Assembly (NCBI RefSeq): GCF_005696695.1
Contig: NZ_CP040006.1
Location: 1,890,001-1,922,000, forward strand
Length of the DNA stretch: 32,000 nucleotides
Direction: 5' to 3'
Origin: Schaalia odontolytica
Lineage (GTDB): Bacteria; Actinomycetota; Actinomycetes; Actinomycetales; Actinomycetaceae
In this document: positions 19,423 through 28,455 of the stretch, piece after piece
Position numbering within the stretch: position 1 is the first letter of the stretch
How the letters are laid out: every line of letters begins with the position of its first letter
Notes under the pieces: generated by a model
Seen by the model: only the letters and a program-made list of their open reading frames with translations
Databases searched by the model: none
What the model was told of the DNA's origin: nothing
Program-made: the position numbers and the translations under genes

Positions 19423-19659
19423 CTAATCGCGAGAACGCGCGTTCGCGATGAACATCGAGACGCCCGCAACCGCGAAAACCAGCAGGCTCCAGGGGAACAA
19501 CGAATCGGCGATCGGCTTGATCTGGGGAGAGCCAAAGAGCATGCCCAGGAGCAGGAGGATCGACAGAATCGCAAAGGCGATCATCGCCGTGATGCCGACG
19601 GTCGCGCTGACCCAGTAGCGGCGCGTATGCGTGTTCGGACCGGTTTCATCAAATTGCAT
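19423..19659 (-). CDS. Small hypothetical membrane protein (two predicted TM helices)
   Basis: 78 aa. GAGGAG lies 7 nt upstream of the ATG. Hydrophobic segments VGITAMIAFAILSILLLLGMLF and WSLLVFAVAGVSMFIA. Third-position GC is coding-like though a little lower than in neighbouring genes. I recognise no family. Confidence 0.6.
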   Translation of the reverse strand: MQFDETGPNTHTRRYWVSATVGITAMIAFAILSILLLLGMLFGSPQIKPIADSLFPWSLLVFAVAGVSMFIANARSRD

Positions 19660-19810
19660 GGCGTGCTCCTCTCTGAGCCGATGATGCCTCCATGATACGA
19701 CGCCTACCGCACCGTCATGAGCATTTTGCGTGCGCTACGGCAGCTGTCTCGCCGTGTCATCACCCCACTATCACATCACTGTGCCACCACGTTTGCTCCC
19801 CATAAACGCG

Positions 19811-19842
19811 GGAGGGCCCGGCGCGTGCGCGCCGGGCCCTCC
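19811..19842 (-). terminator. Terminator downstream of sdhB
   Basis: GGAGGGCCCGGCGCG / CGCGCCGGGCCCTCC are 15-nt complementary arms. The innermost pairs must open to form the loop. It lies 20 nt after the sdhB stop. The minus-strand tail is CGCGTTTATGG. Confidence 0.7.
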
Positions 19843-19862
19843 GCGAGGCCACTCCAGCCGAA

Positions 19863-20606
19863 TCAGACGCCCTTGAAGGCAGCCTTGCCGAGCTGGCGGT
19901 TGAGGTTTGCGATCACGTCGAGCGGGATCTGCTTGGGGCAGACCTCAGCACACTCGCCGATGTTCGAGCAGGAGCCGAAGCCCTCCTCGTCCATCTGGTT
20001 GAGCATGTTGACGACACGCTTGTAGTTCTCGGGCTTGCCCTGCGGGAGCAGGCCGAGGTGCGTGACCTTCGCCGAGGTGAAGAGCATCGCGGAGGCGTTC
20101 GGGCAGGCAGCCACGCACGCACCACAGCCGATGCACGCGGCGGCCTCAAACGCGCGATCCGCGTCCTGCTTCGGGACCGGGGTCGCGTGCGCGTCGGGGG
20201 CTGCACCCGTGTTCACGGAGATGTAGCCGCCGGCCTGGATGATGCGATCCAGGGCGCTGCGGTTGACCACGAGGTCCTTGATGATAGGGAAGCCCGATGC
20301 ACGCCACGGCTCGATCGTGATGACGTCGCCATCGTTGAAGGAACGCATGTGCAGCTGGCAGGTCGTGGTGACCTCCGGGCCGTGAGCGATACCGTTGATG
20401 ACGATGCCACACTGACCGCAGATGCCCTCGCGGCAGTCGGAGTCGAAGGCGATGGGTTCCTCGCCACGTGCGAAGAGCTCTTCGTTCAGGACGTCGAGCA
20501 TCTCCAGGAACGAGGACTCTTCCGAGATTCCCTTCACCTGGTATTCATGAATTGCGCCCTTGTCTTCGGGACCGTTTTGGCGCCAGATCCTCAGTGTCAG
20601 GTTCAC
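19863..20606 (-). CDS. sdhB: Succinate dehydrogenase / fumarate reductase iron-sulfur subunit
   Basis: Track ORF extends to 20696. The likely start is GTG 20606, overlapping the sdhA stop (GTGA). Cys clusters: [34 protein letters not shown]. Confidence 0.9.
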   Translation of the reverse strand: MNLTLRIWRQNGPEDKGAIHEYQVKGISEESSFLEMLDVLNEELFARGEEPIAFDSDCREGICGQCGIVINGIAHGPEVTTTCQLHMRSFNDGDVITIEPWRASGFPIIKDLVVNRSALDRIIQAGGYISVNTGAAPDAHATPVPKQDADRAFEAAACIGCGACVAACPNASAMLFTSAKVTHLGLLPQGKPENYKRVVNMLNQMDEEGFGSCSNIGECAEVCPKQIPLDVIANLNRQLGKAAFKGV

Positions 20607-22582
20607 TTGTAGCTCCGCTGCTTCAGCTCGATGTCGTTGTAAATCAGGTCTTCCTTGTGGAGGATCGGGGGCTCGCCTTCGCCAGCGTATTCCCAAGCCG
20701 CCACGTACAGGAACTTGTCGTCGTGACGCAGGGCCTCACCCTCGGGAGTCTGGGACTCCGCGCGGAAGTGGCCGCCACACGACTCTTCGCGGTGCAGCGC
20801 GTCGATGCACATGAGCTCGCCCAGCTCCATGAAGTCGGCGACGCGGCCGGCCTTCTCGAGGGACTGGTTGAGTTCACCGATCGACTTGCCGGGAACGCGA
20901 ACGTTCTTCCAGTAGTCGGCGCGCAGCTCGCGGATCAAACCGATGGCCTTCTTGAGGCCTTCCTCGGTACGCTCCATGCCGCAGTACTCCCACATGATCT
21001 TGCCCAGCTCCTTGTGGAACGAGTCCACGGAGCGGGTGCCGTTGATCGACATGAGGGTGTCGATGCGGCCCTGCGCCGAGTCGAGAGCTTCCTTCACAGA
21101 AGGCGAGTTCTCGTCCAGCTTGGGCAGGTGGAAGCAGTGCGCCAGGTAATCGTTGATCGTGTTGGGCAGGACGAAGTAGCCGTCCGACAGGCCCTGCATG
21201 AGCGCCGAGGCACCCAGGCGGTTCGCGCCATGGTCGGAGAAGTTCGCCTCGCCGGCCACGTACAGACCGGGCAGGTTCGACTCGAGGTCGTAGTCAACCC
21301 ACAGGCCACCCATGGTGTAGTGGACGGCCGGGTAGATGCGCATCGGCACCTCGTAGGGGTTGTCGCCCGTGATGCGCTCGTACATGTCGAAGAGGTTGCC
21401 GTACTTGGCGGACACGGCGGCCAGGCCCATACGGTTGATCGCGTCGGAGAAGTCGAGGTAGACGCCGCGGGCGACACCGTCGATCTTCGGGCCGACGCCG
21501 CGGCCCTCGTCGCACATGTTCTTGGCCTGACGCGACGCGATGTCGCGGGGCACGAGGTTACCGAACGAGGGGTAGATGCGCTCCAGGTAGTAGTCGCGAT
21601 CCTCTTCGGGGATCTCACGCGGGTCCTTCTCGCAGTCCTCAGCGCGCTTGGGAACCCAGATGCGGCCGTCGTTACGCAGCGACTCCGACATGAGGGTCAG
21701 CTTCGACTGCTGGTCGCCGTGCTGGGGGATGCACGTGGGGTGGATCTGCGTGAAGCAGGGGTTGCCGAAGTAGGCGCCCTTGCGGTACGCACGCCAGATG
21801 GCGGTCGCGTTGCAGCCCATCGCATTGGTGGACAGGAAGAACACGTTGCCGTAGCCGCCGGTGGCCAGGACGACCGCGTCGGCGATGAAGGTCTCGAGCT
21901 TGCCGGTGGACATGTCGCGGGCGACGATTCCGCGGGCCTTGCCCTCGTCGACGATGAGCTCGACCATCTCGTGACGTGAGTGCTCGGTGACGGTACCCGC
22001 TGCGACCTGACGCTCGAGCGCCTGGTAGGCGCCGATCAGCAGCTGCTGACCCGTCTGGCCACGCGCGTAGAACGTACGCGACACCTGCACGCCACCGAAG
22101 GAGCGGTTGTCGAGGAGGCCGCCGTACTCGCGGGCGAAGGGGACGCCCTGGGCGACGCACTGGTCGATGATGTTGGCGCTGACCTCGGCGAGGCGGTAGA
22201 CGTTGTCCTCGCGAGCGCGGTAGTCGCCGCCCTTGACCGTGTCGTAGAAGAGACGGTAGACGGAGTCGTTGTCGTTGCGGTAGTTCTTCGCGGCGTTGAT
22301 ACCACCCTGCGCGGCGATGGAGTGCGCGCGGCGGGCGGAGTCCTGGTAGAAGAAGCAGTCGACGTTATAGCCCATTTCGCCGAGCGAGGCGGCGGCGGCG
22401 CCGCCCGCGAGGCCGGAGCCGACGATGATGACGCGCAGCTTACGGCGGTTGGCGGGGTTGACCAGCGCGGCGCTGAACTTACGCTGCTCCCAGCGCTGCG
22501 CGATCGGGACGTCGTGGGGGGCCTTCGTGTCAGCGATCTTCTCGCCTTCACGGTAGAGGCCGTGGATGAGTGTATCGGTCAT
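20603..22582 (-). CDS. sdhA: Succinate dehydrogenase / fumarate reductase flavoprotein subunit
   Basis: 659 aa. FAD fold [17 protein letters not shown], covalent-FAD His context [35 protein letters not shown]. Confidence 0.95.
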   Translation of the reverse strand: MTDTLIHGLYREGEKIADTKAPHDVPIAQRWEQRKFSAALVNPANRRKLRVIIVGSGLAGGAAAASLGEMGYNVDCFFYQDSARRAHSIAAQGGINAAKNYRNDNDSVYRLFYDTVKGGDYRAREDNVYRLAEVSANIIDQCVAQGVPFAREYGGLLDNRSFGGVQVSRTFYARGQTGQQLLIGAYQALERQVAAGTVTEHSRHEMVELIVDEGKARGIVARDMSTGKLETFIADAVVLATGGYGNVFFLSTNAMGCNATAIWRAYRKGAYFGNPCFTQIHPTCIPQHGDQQSKLTLMSESLRNDGRIWVPKRAEDCEKDPREIPEEDRDYYLERIYPSFGNLVPRDIASRQAKNMCDEGRGVGPKIDGVARGVYLDFSDAINRMGLAAVSAKYGNLFDMYERITGDNPYEVPMRIYPAVHYTMGGLWVDYDLESNLPGLYVAGEANFSDHGANRLGASALMQGLSDGYFVLPNTINDYLAHCFHLPKLDENSPSVKEALDSAQGRIDTLMSINGTRSVDSFHKELGKIMWEYCGMERTEEGLKKAIGLIRELRADYWKNVRVPGKSIGELNQSLEKAGRVADFMELGELMCIDALHREESCGGHFRAESQTPEGEALRHDDKFLYVAAWEYAGEGEPPILHKEDLIYNDIELKQRSYK

Positions 22583-22598
22583 GATTGCGTGCCCTTCC

Positions 22599-23312
22599 TC
22601 AGTGGATCAAGCCGGTGACGATGGCGACGGGCGGGGCCATGAACATCACGAAGATGACCAGACCGACCAGGCCCGAGAGGAGAACCAGCGGCTTGCGGGT
22701 CGCGTTACGCACCCAACCGAGCGACTGGAACATGGACCAGAAGCCGTGGGAGACGTGGATGCAGGCGCAGCCGACGAACACGGCGTAGAGGATCACCAGG
22801 ACCGGCGACTGGAAGGAAGCAACCATACGGGCGTAGGGCGTGGTGACGTCAGCGCCGAAGTTCGCGACCTTCGCGGGCAGGCTCACGGTGGTGAAGTGAG
22901 CGATGTGGAAGATCAGGATCAGCAGGATGAGAACACCGCTCATACGCATGGTGCGAGCCGCATAGGAGTCCGAGACGGACTTCTTGACGACGTAGCGGGT
23001 GGAGCGAGCGCGACGCGAACGCTTCCAGGTGTAGGCGGCGGCCCACAGGTGGATGATGAGCATCAGCACCATGGCGGCGCGGAAGACCCAGATGAATCCG
23101 CCGTGCGGGAAGATCGGCACGAAAGCCTCTTCATGCAGCCAGTGCGCGTAGTCGTTGTAGACCTCCGCGCCCAGGAACATCTTGAGGTTGCCGTAGGAGT
23201 GGAACAGCAAGAAGAAAACGAAAACGAAGCCCGAGACGGCCATCAGCTGCTTAATAAAGACGCTGGTGGTCCACGCGCGGCGCTTCTTCGTTGCGACATT
23301 TTGAGTGGCCAT
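22599..23312 (-). CDS. sdhC: Succinate dehydrogenase cytochrome b (b558-type) membrane subunit
   Basis: Five-helix hydrophobic protein directly upstream of sdhA. The track ORF starts at 23405. I prefer ATG 23312 ([14 protein letters not shown]...) because the 31 upstream codons have poor third-position GC and rare codons (aga, cga), and a -10-like TATGCT lies 6 nt upstream. 23405 remains possible. Confidence 0.75.
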   Translation of the reverse strand: MATQNVATKKRRAWTTSVFIKQLMAVSGFVFVFFLLFHSYGNLKMFLGAEVYNDYAHWLHEEAFVPIFPHGGFIWVFRAAMVLMLIIHLWAAAYTWKRSRRARSTRYVVKKSVSDSYAARTMRMSGVLILLILIFHIAHFTTVSLPAKVANFGADVTTPYARMVASFQSPVLVILYAVFVGCACIHVSHGFWSMFQSLGWVRNATRKPLVLLSGLVGLVIFVMFMAPPVAIVTGLIH

Positions 23313-23318
23313 GCCATG

Positions 23319-23324
23319 AGCATA
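23319..23324 (-). promoter_or_regulatory. Candidate -10 hexamer TATGCT placed for a leaderless sdhC transcript
   Basis: The minus strand reads TATGCT-catggc-ATG(23312). Confidence 0.3.
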
Positions 23325-23543
23325 TCGACGCTTTTCGTCCGCTTCGTAGGACCATGGCACGAGGCCGCCCGCGAAGGATCTCGACACGGTGTCATTTTCG
23401 GCCATTTTCCGCGGTTATCTCGGGCAGCTTGAGCCGCTATCGCAAGGAAAACACCTAGGACCATCGACCCCGCAAACGGGGGTAAAAAGACACGAATTTT
23501 GATACACCGACCATACCTATTTAGTGGCGGTCGTCGCATCACC

Positions 23544-23993
23544 TCAGATCAGGGGCGCCCTCATCTCGACGGCCTCTTCGACGGGGTTACGGAAGTAGCG
23601 CGGACGACGCCCGATTTCAACGAAGCCTCGGGACTCGTACAGGCCGATGGCCCCCTCGTTGGAGGGGCGCACGTCGAGGAAGATCTCGCGCGCTCCAGCC
23701 TCGCGCGACCACTCCAGGAGGACATCCAGGATGGCCGCGCCGATACCTCGGCCCCGCGCGTGAGCGCGCACGCCGATGGTCATGACGTCGGCTTGGTCTC
23801 CACCGACCTTGACTCCTCCGTATCCGACGACGTCGCCGGACTCATCCGTGGCGATCCAATAGCGCGAGGCCGGGGAGGAAAGTTCCTCGGCGATCATGTA
23901 GGGGGTCCAGGGGTCCTCGGGGAACACCTCGGCCTCGAGGGCGGCGAAGAGTTCGAGGTCGCCCGGCTCCGCGACGCGCAGCGTGGCGTTCAC
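23544..23993 (-). CDS. rimI: Ribosomal-protein-alanine N-acetyltransferase (GNAT)
   Basis: 149 aa. The GTG start overlaps the tsaB stop (GTGA). Acetyl-CoA motif RGRGIGAAIL. It sits in the conserved position after tsaB. Confidence 0.85.
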   Translation of the reverse strand: MNATLRVAEPGDLELFAALEAEVFPEDPWTPYMIAEELSSPASRYWIATDESGDVVGYGGVKVGGDQADVMTIGVRAHARGRGIGAAILDVLLEWSREAGAREIFLDVRPSNEGAIGLYESRGFVEIGRRPRYFRNPVEEAVEMRAPLI

Positions 23994-24685
23994 AGGCGCG
24001 CGGTGGGCTGGCCCTGAATGTCGGGGCGACGCAGGTACAGGGGGTCGGTGCGCAGGCGATCGTCTTCGCCGCGCGACAGGCGCGTGGCGACGATGCGGCT
24101 CATGACGGCGGGATCGAGGCTCACCTGGGGTCCGAGGTCTACGTGCGCGAGCGCGTCGACGCTGTGCGCGGGGATCGGCGCTCCCGCGACGACGAGGCCG
24201 GGGGCGGTCCGCATGGCGCCCAGGAGCGCGCTGACGTCGCCGACTTCGAGGCGCCCCTCGAGGGTGACGTCGTCGGGCCCGGCGGCCACGTACGAGCCCC
24301 AGTAGAGTTCGCGGCGGCGCGCGTCGGCGATCGCGTAGACGCGAGTGTCGGGAGGCAGGAGGTCGAGGCCCTGCCGGGCGATGACGTCGAGGGCTGACAC
24401 GCCGTAGGCGGGCACGCCGGCGACCGAGGCGAGGACGCGGGCGGAGACGAGGCCGGCGCGCAGCCCGGTGAAGGGGGCGGGGCCGGTGCCCACGAGGACG
24501 CGATCAATGCCGGCATCCGCGAGCTGCGCAGGCAGGCCTGCTGCCGCGAGCGCCTCGCGCACGAGCGGGGTGATGGATTCGGCGTGGTGGCGCCCGGAAT
24601 CGTTCTGGGCGCGGCCGAGAACGCGGCCGTCGTCGATGATGGCGACGGTGGTGGCTGCTTGGGTGTCTAGGGCTATCTCTCGCAC
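23990..24685 (-). CDS. tsaB: tRNA threonylcarbamoyladenosine biosynthesis protein TsaB
   Basis: 231 aa, GTG start. IALDTQAATTVAII... and GTGPAPFTGLRAG motifs of the inactive Kae1/TsaD paralogue. Confidence 0.9.
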   Translation of the reverse strand: MREIALDTQAATTVAIIDDGRVLGRAQNDSGRHHAESITPLVREALAAAGLPAQLADAGIDRVLVGTGPAPFTGLRAGLVSARVLASVAGVPAYGVSALDVIARQGLDLLPPDTRVYAIADARRRELYWGSYVAAGPDDVTLEGRLEVGDVSALLGAMRTAPGLVVAGAPIPAHSVDALAHVDLGPQVSLDPAVMSRIVATRLSRGEDDRLRTDPLYLRRPDIQGQPTARL

Positions 24686-24694
24686 GGTGTGATC

Positions 24695-25267
24695 CTACTC
24701 GTCGGTGTCAGCCTCGTCGATGCGGGTTCCGCCATGGGCGGCGACGACGCCGTCGAGGACGCCGTCCCAGCGGTGCCCGTGGGCGTGCAGGACGATGACG
24801 CGTGTGCCGTCGTCCATGTTCTCCAGGTCGATGACGTCCCCGTCGTGGGCGGCCTCGCCGCCCGAGGCCCGGCGCACCTCGATGGAGAGGCGTTCGTCGC
24901 TCATGGCCTCGGTCTTGCCTTCGCCCCATTCGACGACGGTGACGGCCTCGTCGAGGGAGGAGTCGAGGTCGAGGGTCTCGAGGTCGTTCAGGTCGGTGAT
25001 GCGGTAGGCGTCCGCGTGGATGAGGTCGGGGCCGCCGCTCAGAGAGGGGTGCACGCGGGCGACGATGAACGTCGGGGATGCGACGCGTCCGCGCACGCCC
25101 ATGCCGACGCCGATGCCCTGGGTGAGGGTGGTCTTGCCCGCGCCGAGGCCCCCGGAGAGCATGAGGAGGTCTCCGGCCGCGAGGATGCGACCAAGGTCTT
25201 CGCCGAACGCGCGCGTCTGGTCGGCGTCGCGCGTCGACACCTCGTAGGAGGCGATGGGCTGGGTCAT
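24695..25267 (-). CDS. tsaE: tRNA threonylcarbamoyladenosine biosynthesis ATPase TsaE
   Basis: 190 aa. Walker A LSGGLGAGKTTLTQGI, SPTFIV, HADAYR. The ATG overlaps the alr stop (ATGA). Confidence 0.9.
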   Translation of the reverse strand: MTQPIASYEVSTRDADQTRAFGEDLGRILAAGDLLMLSGGLGAGKTTLTQGIGVGMGVRGRVASPTFIVARVHPSLSGGPDLIHADAYRITDLNDLETLDLDSSLDEAVTVVEWGEGKTEAMSDERLSIEVRRASGGEAAHDGDVIDLENMDDGTRVIVLHAHGHRWDGVLDGVVAAHGGTRIDEADTDE

Positions 25268-26532
25268 GAGTTGCTCCCGAAGGTCGCGTCGGCGCCATCC
25301 CGGTAGATGCGGGGGATGTGTGCGCCCAGGTGGGTGACGATTTCGTAGTTGATGGTACCGGCTGCCTGTGCCCAGTCGTCGGCCAAGGCCTCGCCATACT
25401 CACCGGAGCCGAAGAGGGTGGCGATGTCGCCGGGGACGGCGGGGGCTTGCCCGCTGCGCGCGGTCGGCGTTCCAGGGCATCCCTCGGCTGGCCCGAGGTC
25501 GACCATGAACTGGTCCATGCACACGCGTCCGATGAGGGGCGCGTTAAAGGGGCCGGAGGCGGTGTGGACGACGACGCGTGCCCGGTTGGAGGCGGCGCGC
25601 AGGATGCCGTCGCCGTAGCCGAGGGGGACGAGGCCGATCCAGCGGCGCGTGGGCGCGACCCAGGTTCCACCGTACGAGGCCGGGGTCCCCTCTTCGATGA
25701 CCTTGACGGAGGTGAGGGGCGCGCGCAGCTCGAGGGCGGGGATGAGGCCGAGTTGCTCGGAGGTGGCGACCGCCGGGTCGGGGCTCAGCCCGTACAGGCC
25801 GATGCCGGCGCGGACCATGTCGTAGTGAGCCTCGGGGTGCCACAGGATGCCCGACGTGGCGGACAGGTGGCGGATGCGCGGCGTGATGCCTGCATCGGCG
25901 AGGATCGACAGGCCCTCCTCAAAAATGCGCACGTGGCTCGCGGTCGAGGCGTTGCCCGCCTCGCTGGGGTCGTCGGCGCGGGACATGTGGCTCCAGGCGC
26001 CCACGACATCGACGAGGCCGTCGTCGGCGGCCATACGCAGGGCCGAGGCCAGGGCGGGCAGGTCGGCGAGGGTGGAGCCCGCGCGGGACATGCCGGTGTC
26101 GATCTTGACGTGGACGCGCGCGGGGCGGCCGGCTTCTCGGGCGGCGGCGCAGATGTCAGCGAGCACCCACGTCCACGACACGGACAGGTCGATGTCGGCC
26201 TCGATCGCGGCCGCGAAGTCGGAGGAGGAGGTGGAGATCCACGCGAGGATGGGCGCGTCGGCTCGGGCGATCCCGGCCTCGTCGAGGCCTCGGCGCAGCG
26301 TGAAGGCCTCGGCCAGCTGGGCGACACCCAGCCAGTCGGCGCCACCGTCCAGGGCGGCGCGGGCGACCGGGAGGAGTCCGTGCCCGTAGGCGTTCGCCTT
26401 GACGGTCGCGAGCTGGAGCGCGCCGGGGGCGGCTGCGCGCAGGACGCCCAGGTTGTGACGGATTGCGGCCAGGTCGACGGCCGCGGATGACGGGTAGTCC
26501 CGTCCTTCGACTCGTTCGTCTGTGGAAATCAC
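25264..26532 (-). CDS. alr: Alanine racemase
   Basis: 422 aa, GTG start. PLP-Lys motif ATVKANAYGHG and C-terminal GRVCMDQFMVD. Confidence 0.93.
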   Translation of the reverse strand: MISTDERVEGRDYPSSAAVDLAAIRHNLGVLRAAAPGALQLATVKANAYGHGLLPVARAALDGGADWLGVAQLAEAFTLRRGLDEAGIARADAPILAWISTSSSDFAAAIEADIDLSVSWTWVLADICAAAREAGRPARVHVKIDTGMSRAGSTLADLPALASALRMAADDGLVDVVGAWSHMSRADDPSEAGNASTASHVRIFEEGLSILADAGITPRIRHLSATSGILWHPEAHYDMVRAGIGLYGLSPDPAVATSEQLGLIPALELRAPLTSVKVIEEGTPASYGGTWVAPTRRWIGLVPLGYGDGILRAASNRARVVVHTASGPFNAPLIGRVCMDQFMVDLGPAEGCPGTPTARSGQAPAVPGDIATLFGSGEYGEALADDWAQAAGTINYEIVTHLGAHIPRIYRDGADATFGSNS

Positions 26533-26604
26533 GCCTCTAGTATCTCACGGCGCGCGCCGACCGCCCCCACGTTCGTCGTCTGCGCGGGCATAGCGACCAG
26601 GCCA

Positions 26605-28386
26605 TCACGCCGTGGGCTGCGACAGGACCTTACCGATCGCGGCCGCAATGTCCGAGGCCTGAATGGGCGCAAATCCACGGAAAGCGTCGGCGGCCACCCG
26701 AGCTGCTCGCCCGTGGACGCTCACCGCCGCCGCCAGGCGTCCCGGGGTGACGCGCTGGGGCTGCCCATCGGGGCCGGGCACCGCGTCCCCTTCATCGACC
26801 GGTCGGGCGAGGACGCCGGCGAGGAATCCGGCGAGCACATCCCCGTTGCCGGCGACGCCCGCCCAGGAGGTCGTCACCTGGCCGACCGTCGGGGTGTAGG
26901 AGCGCACGAGGCGCCCCTGCGGCAGCGCGTCCACGTCGGGCCATGCCTCCGCGGCATTGAGCGCACGCTGGAAGGCCTCCTGCACCTCCGTATCGACGTA
27001 TTCGAAGGAGTAGACGATGGTGACGGGCCCCTTGAGGATCACGTGGCAGCCCGTCGCCTCGTGGAGCGCGCGGGCGTAGCGCAGAGGCGCGGCGGCAACC
27101 TCGGCCCGCGTCACCGGAGTGCCGAGGCGCCCCAGAAGGCGCGCGGCCTCGCCGTAGTGCGGGGTGAGGACGGTGGCGTCAGGCTTGATGGAACTCGCCA
27201 GCTCGGGGACGAGATCAAGCGCCCACGCATCGATGACGAGGGGCATGCCCGATTGCCCGCAGAATTGCGCGAGCTCGAGCGCGTCCTCGCGCCGATCCTC
27301 GTCGAGGCCGGGGCCGATGAGGGCGGACTGGATGCGCCCGCCGACGGTGACAACGCCGGGCTGGTCGGCGAGCACGAGGTCCTGGACGCGCCTCGTGGAG
27401 TTCAGACGCACCATGCCCACACCCGCGGCCAGTGCGCCGCGCGTCGCGAGGAGGCCAGCTCCCGGGTAGGTGTCGGATCCGGCGACGAGGCCGACGACGC
27501 CGCGCGCGTACTTGTCGTCGGAGAAAGCGGGGACGGGGACGACCTCGTGGGCAGAGACGGCCTCGTCGACGACGTAGAGGTCATCTGCGCCGATCGCGCC
27601 GTCATCACCCTGGGCGCGGCCCACCCCATTGCTATCCCAGTCCATCGTCACGAGGCTGATGTCCCCGGTGAACTCGACGGCGGGAGGCAGGACCTGCGCG
27701 CGCTTGTAGGTGCCGACCGCGAGGGTGTGGGTGGCGCGCAGGATCGGGCCCGTGATCGCGCCGTCGTCGTCGGTCAGGCCCGAAGGGACGTCAATCGCGA
27801 TGACGGGGCGCGGCTTGATGGCGGAGAGCCTGTTGAGGAGCTCCACGGATTCCGCGAGCGCGCCCGTGAGCGGGCCGTGGGCACCGGTTCCCACGATGCC
27901 GTCGATCCAGGTGTGCGCGAGAAAGACCTCGGACCACGCGGGAGTGTTCTCGATGGAGCGCAGCGACTGTCCGCCGAGGTCGATGATGCGTACGCCCGCT
28001 TCCTGGGCGGCGGCGAGGGCGCGGCGGTGGCAGCGCTTCTTCAGGAGGTAAGCGGTCGCTCCAATTCCTCCGCGCGCGAGGATCGCGCAGGCGTAGAGGG
28101 CGTCCCCGCCGTTGTCTCCGCCTCCGACGAAGGCTGTGACACGGCTGGCGATCCAGTCGACCCCTTCATCGTCGCCGTTTTCCTCAGCATCCGCGTTGGG
28201 ATCAGTGTCCTCGCCGTTCCAGCTCACGGGCAGGTCTGCGCAGCGCACGACCGCGGCCGCGACCTCGCCCGCAACGTCGAGCATGTAGCGGTCCGGATCA
28301 CCCTCGGAAACCGCCTGGTCAACGCACTTTTTCTCCAGTTCCCGCGCGTCGGCGAAGGACAGGGCAGCTCCATCAATCGTGAACAT
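26605..28386 (-). CDS. nnr: Bifunctional NAD(P)H-hydrate repair enzyme Nnr (epimerase + ADP-dependent dehydratase)
   Basis: YjeF_N-type N-domain (FVGGGDNGGDALYA) and carbohydrate-kinase-type C-domain (GPGL, LTPHYGEAARL, GNGDVLAGFLAG). The start is uncertain: ATG 28386 is preferred and GTG 28410 is possible. Confidence 0.85.
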   Translation of the reverse strand: MFTIDGAALSFADARELEKKCVDQAVSEGDPDRYMLDVAGEVAAAVVRCADLPVSWNGEDTDPNADAEENGDDEGVDWIASRVTAFVGGGDNGGDALYACAILARGGIGATAYLLKKRCHRRALAAAQEAGVRIIDLGGQSLRSIENTPAWSEVFLAHTWIDGIVGTGAHGPLTGALAESVELLNRLSAIKPRPVIAIDVPSGLTDDDGAITGPILRATHTLAVGTYKRAQVLPPAVEFTGDISLVTMDWDSNGVGRAQGDDGAIGADDLYVVDEAVSAHEVVPVPAFSDDKYARGVVGLVAGSDTYPGAGLLATRGALAAGVGMVRLNSTRRVQDLVLADQPGVVTVGGRIQSALIGPGLDEDRREDALELAQFCGQSGMPLVIDAWALDLVPELASSIKPDATVLTPHYGEAARLLGRLGTPVTRAEVAAAPLRYARALHEATGCHVILKGPVTIVYSFEYVDTEVQEAFQRALNAAEAWPDVDALPQGRLVRSYTPTVGQVTTSWAGVAGNGDVLAGFLAGVLARPVDEGDAVPGPDGQPQRVTPGRLAAAVSVHGRAARVAADAFRGFAPIQASDIAAAIGKVLSQPTA

Positions 28387-28455
28387 GCGCCATATTGTTT
28401 CACACCGCACACGCCTGGGGTGGCCGCTTGCGCGACGACGACGCCGTCGCGCCGA

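Noticed and set aside
20468-21979. 503-aa plus-strand ORF, together with similar ORFs at 5369..6781, 9441..10826(-), 12976..13920(-), 25318..26490 and 29922..30938
   Set aside because: Each is antisense to a strongly supported gene (sdhA, guaB, dsbA-like/whiB, GCS2, alr, glmS). Each shows the same low-complexity Arg/Gly/Ala/Asp composition.
23467-23490. Hairpin CCCCG-caaa-CGGGG with adjacent A/T run as the rimI terminator
   Set aside because: The T-run precedes the stem on the minus strand, which is the rimI sense. An A-run follows the stem on the plus strand. Neither orientation gives a canonical stem+U-tail, and the stem is only 5 bp.
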